A DNA stretch of 62,952 bases, the filler included, from Octopus bimaculoides (taxonomy: Eukaryota): assembly GCF_001194135.2 (NCBI RefSeq). It is 4 parts of 4 records of this genome, joined end to end, with 100 filler letters (N's around TTAATTAATTAA, not from the genome) between each part and the next. Parts side by side here need not be neighbours in the genome. Positions count along the whole stretch, not along the records: positions 41,949 to 54,015 come from NC_068983.1; positions 54,116 to 62,952 come from NC_068986.1; 2 more parts are not named here. One strand, given 5' to 3'. The notes under the pieces are model-generated. The model ran no database searches and was not told the DNA's origin. It saw only the letters and a program-made list of their open reading frames with translations. Of the stretch, positions 48,341-60,861 are shown piece after piece (the first letter of the stretch is position 1; each line of letters opens with the position of its first letter). The position numbers were made by a program, and so were the translations under genes.

Positions 48341-48914
48341 NNNNNNNNNNNNNNNNNNNNNNNNNNNNNNNNNNNNNNNNNNNNNNNNNNNNNNNNNNNN
48401 NNNNNNNNNNNNNNNNNNNNNNNNNNNNNNNNNNNNNNNNNNNNNNNNNNNNNNNNNNNNNNNNNNNNNNNNNNNNNNNNNNNNNNNNNNNNNNNNNNNN
48501 NNNNNNNNNNNNNNNNNNNNNNNNNNNNNNNNNNNNNNNNNNNNNNNNNNNNNNNNNNNNNNNNNNNNNNNNNNNNNNNNNNNNNNNNNNNNNNNNNNNN
48601 NNNNNNNNNNNNNNNNNNNNNNNNNNNNNNNNNNNNNNNNNNNNNNNNNNNNNNNNNNNNNNNNNNNNNNNNNNNNNNNNNNNNNNNNNNNNNNNNNNNN
48701 NNNNNNNNNNNNNNNNNNNNNNNNNNNNNNNNNNNNNNNNNNNNNNNNNNNNNNNNNNNNNNNNNNNNNNNNNNNNNNNNNNNNNNNNNNNNNNNNNNNN
48801 NNNNNNNNNNNNNNNNNNNNNNNNNNNNNNNNNNNNNNNNNNNNNNNNNNNNNNNNNNNNNNNNNNNNNNNNNNNNNNNNNNNNNNNNNNNNNNNNNNNN
48901 NNNNNNNNNNNNNN

Positions 48915-48970
<56 letters not shown>

Positions 48971-48974
<4 letters not shown>

Positions 48975-49046
48975 TCACTGCCTGGAATCGAACTCTGAAT
49001 GTTGGGGTTAGTTACCCGCGATCTTAACCACTACGCCATATGCCCG
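48971..49046 (-). mobile_element. tRNA-derived Pol III head (SINE-like) followed by (AAT)n
   Basis: Minus strand cgggcataTGGCGTAGTGGttaag...gaGTTCGATTCCaggcagtgacctg, with A and B boxes but no complementary acceptor stem. A homologue lies at 10704-10892. Confidence 0.75.
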
Positions 49047-49105
49047 TGGGCATATAACATCGAAAAATACCTTAGGAATGAGAACCCAGGTTCGAAATTT
49101 CCCCA

Positions 49106-49153
49106 AGACACCTGATGAAGGCTGGAGGGTAAATCAGCCGAAACGTTGTGTTA
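49106..49153 (+). ncRNA. Minimal type-I hammerhead ribozyme motif (family 1, Penelope-type)
   Basis: gacac-CTGATGA(49112)-a-ggctg(gagggtaaat)cagcc-GAAA(49140)-cgtt-gtgtt. Stem I gacac/gtgtt, palindromic AACGTT in place of helix III. Confidence 0.75.
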
Positions 49154-49334
49154 ATAACAAACAAGATGAGGACAAATATCCGTCAAATGTAAATAATGTA
49201 AATAAGTTGATAACATTACCTAAAGTTACAAACTTTAGTTATTCCTGCATAAAATTAGTTTTCTAGAACATATGAATGTACTATTAACTTTCGCCGCGTT
49301 TACACCCCTACTTACTCACCGCTCTCTCTCTCTC

Positions 49335-49431
<97 letters not shown>

Positions 49432-49473
49432 ACATACATACATACATACATACATACATACATACATACATAC

Positions 49474-50727
49474 AAATGGCTACATGCTAGCAACTTCAAC
49501 TGCTAAAAATATGAAAGTAACTCATAATTTCTTTGTAGACGACCTGAAGATTTATGCTAAGAGTGTTAACATTGCCAAAAAAACAATTGGAATTAATAAC
49601 ATTTTCAGCTGATATAGGCATGGAATTTGACCGAAAGAAATGTTCATATTTGGTTATAGAACGAGAAAAGTCAAGCCCCCCCCCAACCCCAAACCTGTGC
49701 ATCAACGGTCTCTCTATCTCTCCCATTCCACACAAAGAATGTTACAAGTACCTAGGCATAGACAAAAATGTATCATATGAAGGCACTGTGGATAAAGGTA
49801 GAGTGACCCGAAAATATTTCACCAGATTTAGGAAAATATGGCAGTCGGAACTCTCCTCTTACAACAAAACAATATCCCACAATGCATTTGCAGTACCGGT
49901 GCTGATCCCAACATGTGGGATACTTGATTGGTCTGTAGAGGAAGGAAACCCACTCCATAGATACCCAAACCCGCAAAATCCTGACAACTGGGAACTTCCA
50001 CAGAAACAGTGATGTTGACAGGCTCAGCCTAAGAAGAAATAAAGGTGGTAGAGACCTGAGATCAGTGAAGACGGCCTTAGAATGCCGTATGGCATCACCC
50101 AAGCAACACCTGCTAAACAACAGCAGCAAAAATAAATATATAAATGCAGTGCTGAAAAGTGAAGTGAGCAACATTGTACGAGTTGACAGTGAACATTCTC
50201 TTCCTGATGACCTCCTATACAGTTACAAAACAGCTGGACTCTTACCTGAGAGAAGACCTGGATGGAAAGCGCTCAGCATACAAAAAAAAAAAAAGACCAT
50301 ACATGGGTATGTTGCCCGGAGGCTTGAAGAAGACAATAGAATTAACACGATGCGCAGCCTCTCTTGGACACAAGACCACTACATCACAACACACTTTGAA
50401 GGCTATGAGTTTGCAATTCAGGAATAGGAGATTGCCACAAAGTACTTGGTGAACAAGACAAACAGTGATGCTCTTGTAATCCCAAGGTGCAACCTCATGT
50501 GTAGGCTATGCCATGTTTCTGGGGAAGACATTATGCATGTGATTAGCAGCTGTCCTAAAATTTCGTCACTGTATTACCGCCCTATGCAGTACGATGTTGT
50601 TGCTAAAACAACTTACAATACCCTCCGCAAAAAAGACTGTCCTGAAATAAACTTAGAAAATCCCTCTGTTATGGAATACATTCATAAACACCAATTCCTT
50701 GTTGCTGTCACATATTGTGAAATTTGA
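49474..50727 (+). mobile_element. Degenerate R4/Dong-clade non-LTR retrotransposon fragment (RT C-terminal half + CCHC finger)
   Basis: HNFFVDDLKIY, YKYLG, SDVDRL...GGR, EGYEFAIQEQEIATK and CRLC...EDIMHVISSCP across several frameshifts. Confidence 0.88.
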
Positions 50728-52951
50728 AAATTTTGATATATTGAAATAATTCTCCACGTTAAATCCGATTTTGTTATTTATTTATTCCAGAAGAATTGCA
50801 GAAAAATTTTACTGAGGTTTAAAATTTAATCAGTTTTACCTAATCAAAAAACAAGATTTGGAACTAGCATTTTCTGCATGATAGCTGTCTATCACAAAAT
50901 GATAGAGAGATCATTGCGAAGAGGAATTTTTATTAAACAAACGAAAGCAAAGCATTACGACGACCAAAGTTGTAAGAACTTCTGAAGTTTTAATAAGTTT
51001 TAATGAATAAAGTCATGTGAAACGGTCGAACAGACATGTAAATAATTTAAAAAGTAAAAAATCCTCAACGAAGTGTTTTTTGCGAACAATTGCACAAGTC
51101 TGTCTTGATCAAGAGGCCTATTTGTCGGGGAAGACATGGTCTGAGATGGAATAAACAAAAATTTATATGACATACTCACGCACGGTGGTGCACCAGCATG
51201 ACCGCAGCCACTTGGCTGAAACCCATAAATAAATAAATAAATAAATACTATTGTAAAAATTGCCCGGCAACGACAGGCTATTCAGCTAGCGGTAAATAAA
51301 ACACAGATGTATATTTGTACGTTTTCTAAAACTTTTATATTAGCGACGTAAAGTTTGTCATAAGAGTTCAAGTGGAACCCCAATGAGTTATAATACACGC
51401 ACTCAGACATAGACACACACTTTTGACATTCGCACATAACCACACTCACAATACACACACACATAACCACACATGTACATACGCACACGCACATACACAC
51501 ACATACGCACACACGCTCACCACGTAATACACACTCACGTACACACACGCACACATACACCCCCCCACACACACACACACAAACCTTTATATAAGCAGGT
51601 ACAAGAGTTAGGCTCTGTGTGTCGATTTTTAGCTCTGACTACAAAGTATGGTTTGCAAATGAGAGTTTATCCCAAGTAATTAAATCCTGGAGATATAGAA
51701 CTTAATCCTGTCCGTCACGTGATCTAAGACACGTTATAAAGTTAATTTTCTGCTTCTGTTAAAATAAAGAAGAAAAAAAAGGGCAGAAACGCTAGAAACT
51801 TATTTGAAGACACGAGCTTGTGAGTTGATAGCCACCACCCACCTAATTACCCTAGGCCATTTACGTTTCTGTACACGCAGAGACTGACATAGGATATTAA
51901 TTAGAAGACTCGGCAAAGTTTTGGACAGAATATAATGGTGGCATTACGATACATCCTTTTGTATTTTGTAATCAAATCTCTCCCGACTTTATTTTGCCTT
52001 CCCTCTTTCCCAGGTTGATAAATTAAGTACTAAACAATAACCGACTACGACATATTCACCTAAATCTTTCGAAGACGGTGCTCTAGCATAGCCGCGCTAT
52101 AATAAAAAAAAATCAGTAAAAGAATAAAAGAGTGAAACTAGTTTTTTCTTGAATGAGTGTAGTGCACCAAGTTGCCACAAAGTTCTTAGATTATTCATCC
52201 TATATACATGTGTGCTCACTTATATATTAATTTTTGGTAATTATTTCGAGTTGAGAGTGAGAGTTAGAGGGCGAGGGAGGAAGAGGGAGAGAAAGAAAGA
52301 GGGAAAGAGGAAGGTGCCAACATGAATTTTCTGACCATCAACACACTTCTTCAGCATTTCCGTCGTCTCTACTGTCACCGTCGATGTCTCTACCGTCGTC
52401 GCTGCCGTCGTCGGTGTTCTTTNNNNNNNNNNNNNNNNNNNNNNNNNNNNNNNNNNNNNNNNNNNNNNNNNNNNNNNNNNNNNNNNNNNNNNNNNNNNNN
52501 NNNNNNNNNNNNNNNNNNNNNNNNNNNNNNNNNNNNNNNNNNNNNNNNNNNNNNNNNNNNNNNNNNNNNNNNNNNNNNNNNNNNNNNNNNNNNNNNNNNN
52601 NNNNNNNNNNNNNNNNNNNNNNNNNNNNNNNNNNNNNNNNNNNNNNNNNNNNNNNNNNNNNNNNNNNNNNNNNNNNNNNNNNNNNNNNNNNNNNNNNNNN
52701 NNNNNNNNNNNNNNNNNNNNNNNNNNNNNNNNNNNNNNNNNNNNNNNNNNNNNNNNNNNNNNNNNNNNNNNNNNNNNNNNNNNNNNNNNNNNNNNNNNNN
52801 NNNNNNNNNNNNNNNNNNNNNNNNNNNNNNNNNNNNNNNNNNNNNNNNNNNNNNNNNNNNNNNNNNNNNNNNNNNNNNNNNNNNNNNNNNNNNNNNNNNN
52901 NNNNNNNNNNNNNNNNNNNNNNNNNNNNNNNNNNNNNNNNNNNNNNNNNNN

Positions 52952-53015
<64 letters not shown>

Positions 53016-54015
53016 GTATTGAAATATTCTCAGATAAATACACAATTATTCTTTAATACATGCATACTAAGCAATATTGGTTGATTTAAACAGTAAATAC
53101 CTCTCATTTGCAGTATATTCTTCGTATTCTGAATGAAAAAGAGCTCAAATCTTTCGCTACTTTCTTTGCGAGATATACCTGTTATAACTTATTGATAGTC
53201 TATGAGAGAACTAGCATATTATAAACTAGAATTGAGACTCAAATATATTACATATTCCGATTTGGGCATTAAGTATCTAACGAGATGTTTAATGTGTCAT
53301 CTAGTCAATAGCGTTGGCATGAAGACAGAGAAGGAAGATATATGCAGTTAGCTAGTTCTTTGTAGTTTGATATCGAGATGAGAAAGAGAGAGAAAGAACG
53401 AATGGGAGAAAGAGAGAGAGGTGGATCGTGGTGCGATTAGATCTGTGTATGCACGCGTATGTACCGGCTATCAATTGATGCTGGAATAACGTAGACAGTA
53501 GACATGTATCGTCCAAGATTTATAGTGAGGAAAAACGGGAACGTGAAACGTTCATGTGTTTATGCTAATGAGATTTACTCGTCTTGTTTAAAATACTATG
53601 TCCAATTCCTACTATAAAATTGGTTTTGTGAGAATTGTTTCAACCACGCTTGCGTTTAGTTGACTATAAGTGGACTCAGTATCACTGAATCATCGACTAC
53701 TCTTCCCACTATTCTCTCTCCCTCCACCTTTGTCTGCCTGTCTGTCTGTCTATCTATCTGTCTCCCAATTTGTTTATCTTGTTATTTTCTTATTTTGCTC
53801 TACAGTTGTCTTTCTGAGTGTATTTCTCCATTTCACTCGCTTTCAGTATCCACTTTTTCTCTCAACGTCAATTTCTTATGCCTACATTTAAAAAAAAAAA
53901 AAAAAAAAAAAAAAACTTGCGTTGGGCATTTCTTCTGTCCTTATTTCACACTCGTTTTTCCTAGCTATGAATTTTGTGTCTTAGTGTCTATCCGCTCCTT
54001 CTATCTATGTTACTC

Positions 54016-54115
54016 NNNNNNNNNNNNNNNNNNNNNNNNNNNNNNNNNNNNNNNNNNNNTTAATTAATTAANNNNNNNNNNNNNNNNNNNNNNNNNNNNN
54101 NNNNNNNNNNNNNNN
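54016..54115. other. Artificial 100-bp assembly spacer N44-TTAATTAATTAA-N44
   Basis: Same layout as 30981-31080. Confidence 0.9.
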
Positions 54116-56021
54116 TATATATATATCCACAAATATATATATATATATATGTCCCTCTTTATTTCACGCTGTCCCTCTCTCGTAAAACATGAACTATGCA
54201 ACCCTCTCTCACTCTGTCTTTGTATATAGAGATTGTGTGCCAGAACAAGTGAGAGACGGAGAGAGAAAAACAGGGAGAGTGAAAGGGAGAAATGCAGATA
54301 TAATTTGTCTTTGATTTGCTACTTGAAATATATTTTCAATCGTACTTCCAAAGCATGTATGTGTATGTGTAGATTATATAAGCAAATATACCAACGCACG
54401 CGTGCACAAACACACACACAAGCATGCACCCACACACACAAATGCAAACACAAAAACGCACGCACACACATACACAGGTATAGACATATTCATACTTGCA
54501 TTTTTTTATACTTATAAACGTGGACATTTTATATCAATCAATCATAACGGACATGTATGGTGTCACCACTCAATCCTAAAATATAGACATTCATGCATAC
54601 ATACGTTTACGCGCAAACGCACGTTTCTGCAATAATTGTATGTATATAAGCATGTATGTATGCATACGCACATATATACATGCATATATATATGTATATA
54701 TGATTACATACAAGTATATATCCATACATTTGCATGTTCATGTGTATGCATATCAAAGTGTGCGCGTTTGTATCTCTATGGATCACATGCCTATATTTAC
54801 GATTATTGATTAAAAAGCGATCCTTTATGTCATAATGTTTGTTGAAATAAAGAAATTATAAAAGACCTCTGAATATGTATATACAAATTTAACTANNNNN
54901 NNNNNNNNNNNNNNNNNNNNNNNNNNNNNNNNNNNNNNNNNNNNNNNNNNNNNNNNNNNNNNNNNNNNNNNNNNNNNNNNNNNNNNNNNNNNNNNNNNNN
55001 NNNNNNNNNNNNNNNNNNNNNNNNNNNNNNNNNNNNNNNNNNNNNNNNNNNNNNNNNNNNNNNNNNNNNNNNNNNNNNNNNNNNNNNNNNNNNNNNNNNN
55101 NNNNNNNNNNNNNNNNNNNNNNNNNNNNNNNNNNNNNNNNNNNNNNNNNNNNNNNNNNNNNNNNNNNNNNNNNNNNNNNNNNNNNNNNNNNNNNNNNNNN
55201 NNNNNNNNNNNNNNNNNNNNNNNNNNNNNNNNNNNNNNNNNNNNNNNNNNNNNNNNNNNNNNNNNNNNNNNNNNNNNNNNNNNNNNNNNNNNNNNNNNNN
55301 NNNNNNNNNNNNNNNNNNNNNNNNNNNNNNNNNNNNNNNNNNNNNNNNNNNNNNNNNNNNNNNNNNNNNNNNNNNNNNNNNNNNNNNNNNNNNNNNNNNN
55401 NNNNNNNNNNNNNNNNNNNNNNNNNNNNNNNNNNNNNNNNNNNNNNNNNNNNNNNNNNNNNNNNNNNNNNNNNNNNNNNNNNNNNNNNNNNNNNNNNNNN
55501 NNNNNNNNNNNNNNNNNNNNNNNNNNNNNNNNNNNNNNNNNNNNNNNNNNNNNNNNNNNNNNNNNNNNNNNNNNNNNNNNNNNNNNNNNNNNNNNNNNNN
55601 NNNNNNNNNNNNNNNNNNNNNNNNNNNNNNNNNNNNNNNNNNNNNNNNNNNNNNNNNNNNNNNNNNNNNNNNNNNNNNNNNNNNNNNNNNNNNNNNNNNN
55701 NNNNNNNNNNNNNNNNNNNNNNNNNNNNNNNNNNNNNNNNNNNNNNNNNNNNNNNNNNNNNNNNNTATATATATATATATATATATATATGTAGATACAT
55801 ACATATACACACATGTGCACACATACACACGCACACACGCGTGCAGATCTGTAGCTTGATATTTTAACGCACGTATATATATATATATATATGTGTGTGT
55901 GCGTGCGTGTGCGTGTGTATACAGAGAGACAGAGCGGGATGGATAGATAAATAGAAACATAAATAGATAAATAATTATTACATATGTATAAATATATATA
56001 TATACACACATGCACGCTCAC

Positions 56022-56062
<41 letters not shown>

Positions 56063-57088
56063 CTACACCACACTAACATATATGTTAGGCAGAAATATGG
56101 GAAGACAGAACTACACTGAAATACCTAAAGATGAAACGTGTAACATGATACGTATATGTTGCTTTTTTTTTTACTTCCACGGATATTCATTCCTTTACAA
56201 TCCTTCTTTGAAATATACATTTAATATCTATCCATTCATCTATTTATCAATCTATTGATCTATCTCTCTCCATTTATTTTGTAGGTTGTTCCTCGCAACT
56301 AGAATATCTGCCAATACATACCTACATATGCGTATCTATAACGCATAGACTTATATACATAACGAGGAAATGTTTTATATACACAAACACACACACATAC
56401 ATAGGTATACACGCAGACACATGTACACACACACACACATATATGAATATATATAATGACACATATATATATATATACATACGCATACTTGTAATATTCA
56501 AATAATTATAAAGCATACAGCAACATGCTGCCTTAATTTCCTTTTCATGTTCTAATACAATAGGACTTTTGTTCTTCTCTCGACCATTCATAATCGTATA
56601 CAAAAAACACAAATATATATTGATACATGAGGGTGTGTGTGTGTCTGTGTATGTTGGGGGGTGGGGGCGGTCTCATTAAACACAAGTTCACACTTTCATA
56701 GGATTATATATACATTTGGTTAAACAGAGAATTTTCATACTGAATTCGACTTACTCTTTTGACGGAAAACTTTTGTGCGGCTGCCAATGTTTCCTAAATT
56801 ATTTACAAAGTCCCTCCACCAAAATTGATATAACAAGGTATCCCACATTCTTTTCTAGTCTAGGCACAATGCCCGAAATTTTTGGGAAGTCAGCCAATCG
56901 ATTAGATCAACCCTAGTACGCAAATGTTACTTAATTTATCGACTCTAAAAGGATGAGAGGCTAAGTCGTCCTCAGCGGAATTTGAGCTCAGAACATAAAG
57001 GCAGACGAAGTACCGTTAAGCATTTCTCTCAGCGTGCTAACCTTACTGCCAGCTCGGCGCCTTCAGATATCCTATATTTACAGCCTCA

Positions 57089-58492
57089 ATGAATTCCTGC
57101 TTTTCAACTTACACGAACGCATTCCACGATGGCTCCCCATACCACAAACCTAACCAATATCTTAAATACATTGACATCCACTTCAGTCACCAAGAATCCT
57201 CTTTCGATAACATAATGAAGGGCATCCAAACCCGCATATCCGACCTCTCTTCCACTGAGGAAATGTTCAATAATCCCGCAGCATATTATAATCAACCACT
57301 TGCTGCTAACGGCTTTTCCCAACAAATAGAATATATACATTGCACCAGACTCAAAAAATACGTATCTCGAATCACACCACAAACACGCACCAATCATCAC
57401 AATCGCAACCAACTACACACACTCGTCGATAGAACTCTGGAAGATCTTACACCTAGGCAATCTAGACCCCCCCACACACACACACACACACATTCATTTA
57501 ACACTAGGTCAAAAACGAAAACAACTAAAACAGCTAACAACAGGCCTAGACGCTCGTATACTTTCTCCAAGTATATAGATAGCACTCCTTTATCTAAAAA
57601 CTTAGATAGCACTACTCCCAACCCCCTAACAAAAGCAGCGGACGCTCTATTCTCAGGTACACACCCCCATTCTCACTTAACGTTGAGAACTTAGCTAAAT
57701 CTTTCTTTAAAATACTACACTCTAAATTTCCTCAGTAACATAGATATCATTCTATCTTTAATCGATTTATCTCATTCTCCCTCACCCAACTTCTAATCTA
57801 ATGTAGCAGCATCTAATAAGCAAGAGCCAACACACACAACTCCAGAACAGATACCCTTACATTAGACCACAGCCACAACGCACCTCATCCTGCTGACACT
57901 ACCCGGAACACCACCACAACCTTTACCACCCTTACCAATAGTACAATTAATAACAGCAATAGTAATAATAGCAATGATGGTAATGATAACGTTAATAATA
58001 ATTCTAATATAGAATCTTCTACACCCTTCTTTAACCTCTCCTCTGCCGATATTACCTCCTCTATTCCTGAGCACAGTCCCCAAAATACACCTAATTGTAA
58101 TTGCCCTCCTGGAACCATCTGCCCGTTACAAGCCCATTGCAGAAGATATAATGTAATTTACAAATGTACTGTATTTAATCTACTACACAACTCTACAGCC
58201 ATATTCATAGGATCAACCAAACATTTTAAGCAAAGATATGCCGCTCAACTTCATTCTTTTAGATACGATAAACATAGTAAATCTACAACACGTGCCAACC
58301 ACATACATCATATACATATATACAAATATACCCTGTACTCTATCATGGTTCATACTGGATTCAAGACTCCCCTACCGAGGTCAACGCTCAACTTGCAAAC
58401 TTTGCCTGAAGGAGGTACTTCACATATTAAAGCACAGATGTCCGGCACTGTTAAATAAGCATAATGAGACACTAAGCACATGCAACCACCGC
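57089..58492 (+). mobile_element. Degenerate Penelope-like element (RT thumb + GIY-YIG endonuclease)
   Basis: YHKPNQYLKYIDIHFSH...IQTRISDLSSTEEMFNN, then NCNC....CPLQAHC...NVIYKCTV...FIGST..FKQRY..., then SWFIL...CKLCLKE...LLNKHNE...CNHR, with frameshifts. Confidence 0.88.
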
Positions 58493-58512
58493 TTTTTTCA
58501 AAAAGTCATGTT

Positions 58513-58566
<54 letters not shown>

Positions 58567-58568
<2 letters not shown>

Positions 58569-59749
58569 CTCAGGGTGGCAAGTGTAAATCGTCACCATTT
58601 TATATTTTCAATTTCGTGCATGCGAATCGTTCGTTTTCGATTATATAGACTACACAGTATTGTAAGATCGATTAGGCAATTTACCCTGCCGGACGTTTGA
58701 AAATACCACGCAGTTCTGCTTGGCATTCACGTTGGAGGCACTTGTATTGACATTTTAGTGTGTTTGATTGTGAAATTGAGGACAGTGCAGATGTTTCGGA
58801 TGTAGACGGGTGAGTCTTATAGTGATTACGAAGGTACGGCAACTAAGAAAACTCACTCTGAGCGTTCTAATAAGAAATGATCTCCTTAATTTGTTGGTGA
58901 GATCGATTCCCATAATTGACAACGATCCCTCCAAATCAATCAGATTCACTGTCATGGACAAATGAGTGTCGTATAAGGCAGGTAGTGCATGAAGACATTC
59001 GGTGTTTCTCATAGAAAGGTATGGCCTAATTTTTAACCCAAGCCATGAAGAGTAAGAGGAAATGCCGCATTACGAAGATTTTCTGCAAAATGAAATATCG
59101 CCTCCTACCGAATATGCTTTTTCTTCCAGGAGCAAATGGCTTCCCTGTTTGCAAAACATGGAGTGATAAAGCGAGAGTGATAGAAATTTCACATCCAATC
59201 AACATCATGGTGTTTGGAGTTATCACTAGCGATGGCTACGCAATAATTCCATTCATCTTCCCATACGGCCTCAGAATCAACACCATAGGCTACAGCAAGT
59301 GCTTCGTTGAGGTTGTGCTGCCCTGGGTCAAGACGGTGGCTGCTGGAAGGCCCTATATTTAGGGTCAGGACACTACATCTTGTCGCATAAGCAGGAGAAC
59401 TCAGTCATGATTGTCAGAAAATTTCTGCGACCGCATCACCCCAACATCAGGCCACCTAACTCCCAAAACTGCAAACCCCTTGATTATTATGTGTGGTTTA
59501 GCGAGGACCAAGAACATTCTATGTAACACTACATATTTACTAAAGGCAAATATATGGCATCATTCACCAACATCATCAAGGAGACCGTCCGGAAAGGCTG
59601 CAGGAGATTCCGAAGTCGTCTAGAGGTCATCAGCGAAGGATGATTTTGTATTATTGAATAAATTTACTCGTTAGTTTTTCAAGATAATTTTATGTAATAT
59701 TTGTTAAAATGAGAAGTCAATGCTATCTTCATTTTTCAGTGATTTACAC
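58567..59749 (+). mobile_element. Near full-length degenerate Tc1/mariner (DD37D/maT-like) transposon
   Basis: HPINIMVFGVITSDG..PFIFP.GLRIN...VVLPWVKTVAAGRPYI..QD...LDYYVW. Partial inverted ends GTGTAAATC (58582) / GATTTACAC (59741), in TA/CA microsatellite. Confidence 0.85.
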
Positions 59750-59801
59750 TATATATATATAAGCGAAATACAATACTATATATATATATATNNNNNNNNN
59801 N

Positions 59802-59843
<42 letters not shown>

Positions 59844-60155
59844 CATACCTATATGTGTATATGTGTGTGTAGGCTTATATATGTATTTGTATGTATGCAT
59901 GTATATATGCGTATGCATGTGTGTATATACGTGTGTATATATATGTATACATATATATATATGTGTATACATATGTGTATATGTGTATATAACTACGTGT
60001 GTTTGTATGTATATATATTTGCAGGTATGTGTTGTCCATACTACTTTCTAGTAGCGTCCAAATCTCTAACGGATTTTTCAAATGAATCACGTCATAACAT
60101 TATCCAACTATAGTTATCATACTCGGTCATAATGTCTTACGTTTAAGATGATTCC

Positions 60156-60256
60156 CATACATTTCCCTGAGGAGAAGTTTACATTTTTAACATCGCCGAT
60201 TCCTATGGACCGCATAAATTGTAATTCTTCGAAACATATGTCGGAATAAAGTATGC
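60156..60256 (+). ncRNA. Type-I hammerhead ribozyme motif (family 2) with fully canonical core
   Basis: ttcc-CTGAGGA(60167)-gaag...cttc-GAAA(60231)-C-atat-GTC(60240-60242)-ggaa. Stem I extended by CATAC/GTATG. Confidence 0.8.
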
Positions 60257-60820
60257 AGTTNNNNNNNNNNNNNNNNNNNNNNNNNNNNNNNNNNNNNNNN
60301 NNNNNNNNNNNNNNNNNNNNNNNNNNNNNNNNNNNNNNNNNNNNNNNNNNNNNNNNNNNNNNNNNNNNNNNNNNNNNNNNNNNNNNNNNNNNNNNNNNNN
60401 NNNNNNNNNNNNNNNNNNNNNNNNNNNNNNNNNNNNNNNNNNNNNNNNNNNNNNNNNNNNNNNNNNNNNNNNNNNNNNNNNNNNNNNNNNNNNNNNNNNN
60501 NNNNNNNNNNNNNNNNNNNNNNNNNNNNNNNNNNNNNNNNNNNNNNNNNNNNNNNNNNNNNNNNNNNNNNNNNNNNNNNNNNNNNNNNNNNNNNNNNNNN
60601 NNNNNNNNNNNNNNNNNNNNNNNNNNNNNNNNNNNNNNNNNNNNNNNNNNNNNNNNNNNNNNNNNNNNNNNNNNNNNNNNNNNNNNNNNNNNNNNNNNNN
60701 NNNNNNNNNNNNNNNNNNNNNNNNNNNNNNNNNNATATATATATATATATATATATATAAATATGTCTATCTATCTATTTATCTGTCTATCTATCTATAT
60801 ATCCCATTCTCCCTCTCTCC

Positions 60821-60861
<41 letters not shown>

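Noticed and set aside
48971-49046. tRNA gene (also the heads at 7405 and 30022)
   Set aside because: A and B boxes are present but the acceptor stem does not close, and the sequence continues into repeat bodies. These are SINE heads.
9581-56027. Long ORFs in the track (200-400 aa) made mostly of X, or of HT/CV/YI/LS/poly-amino-acid runs
   Set aside because: Artefacts of N gaps and di-/trinucleotide microsatellites, with no domain signal.
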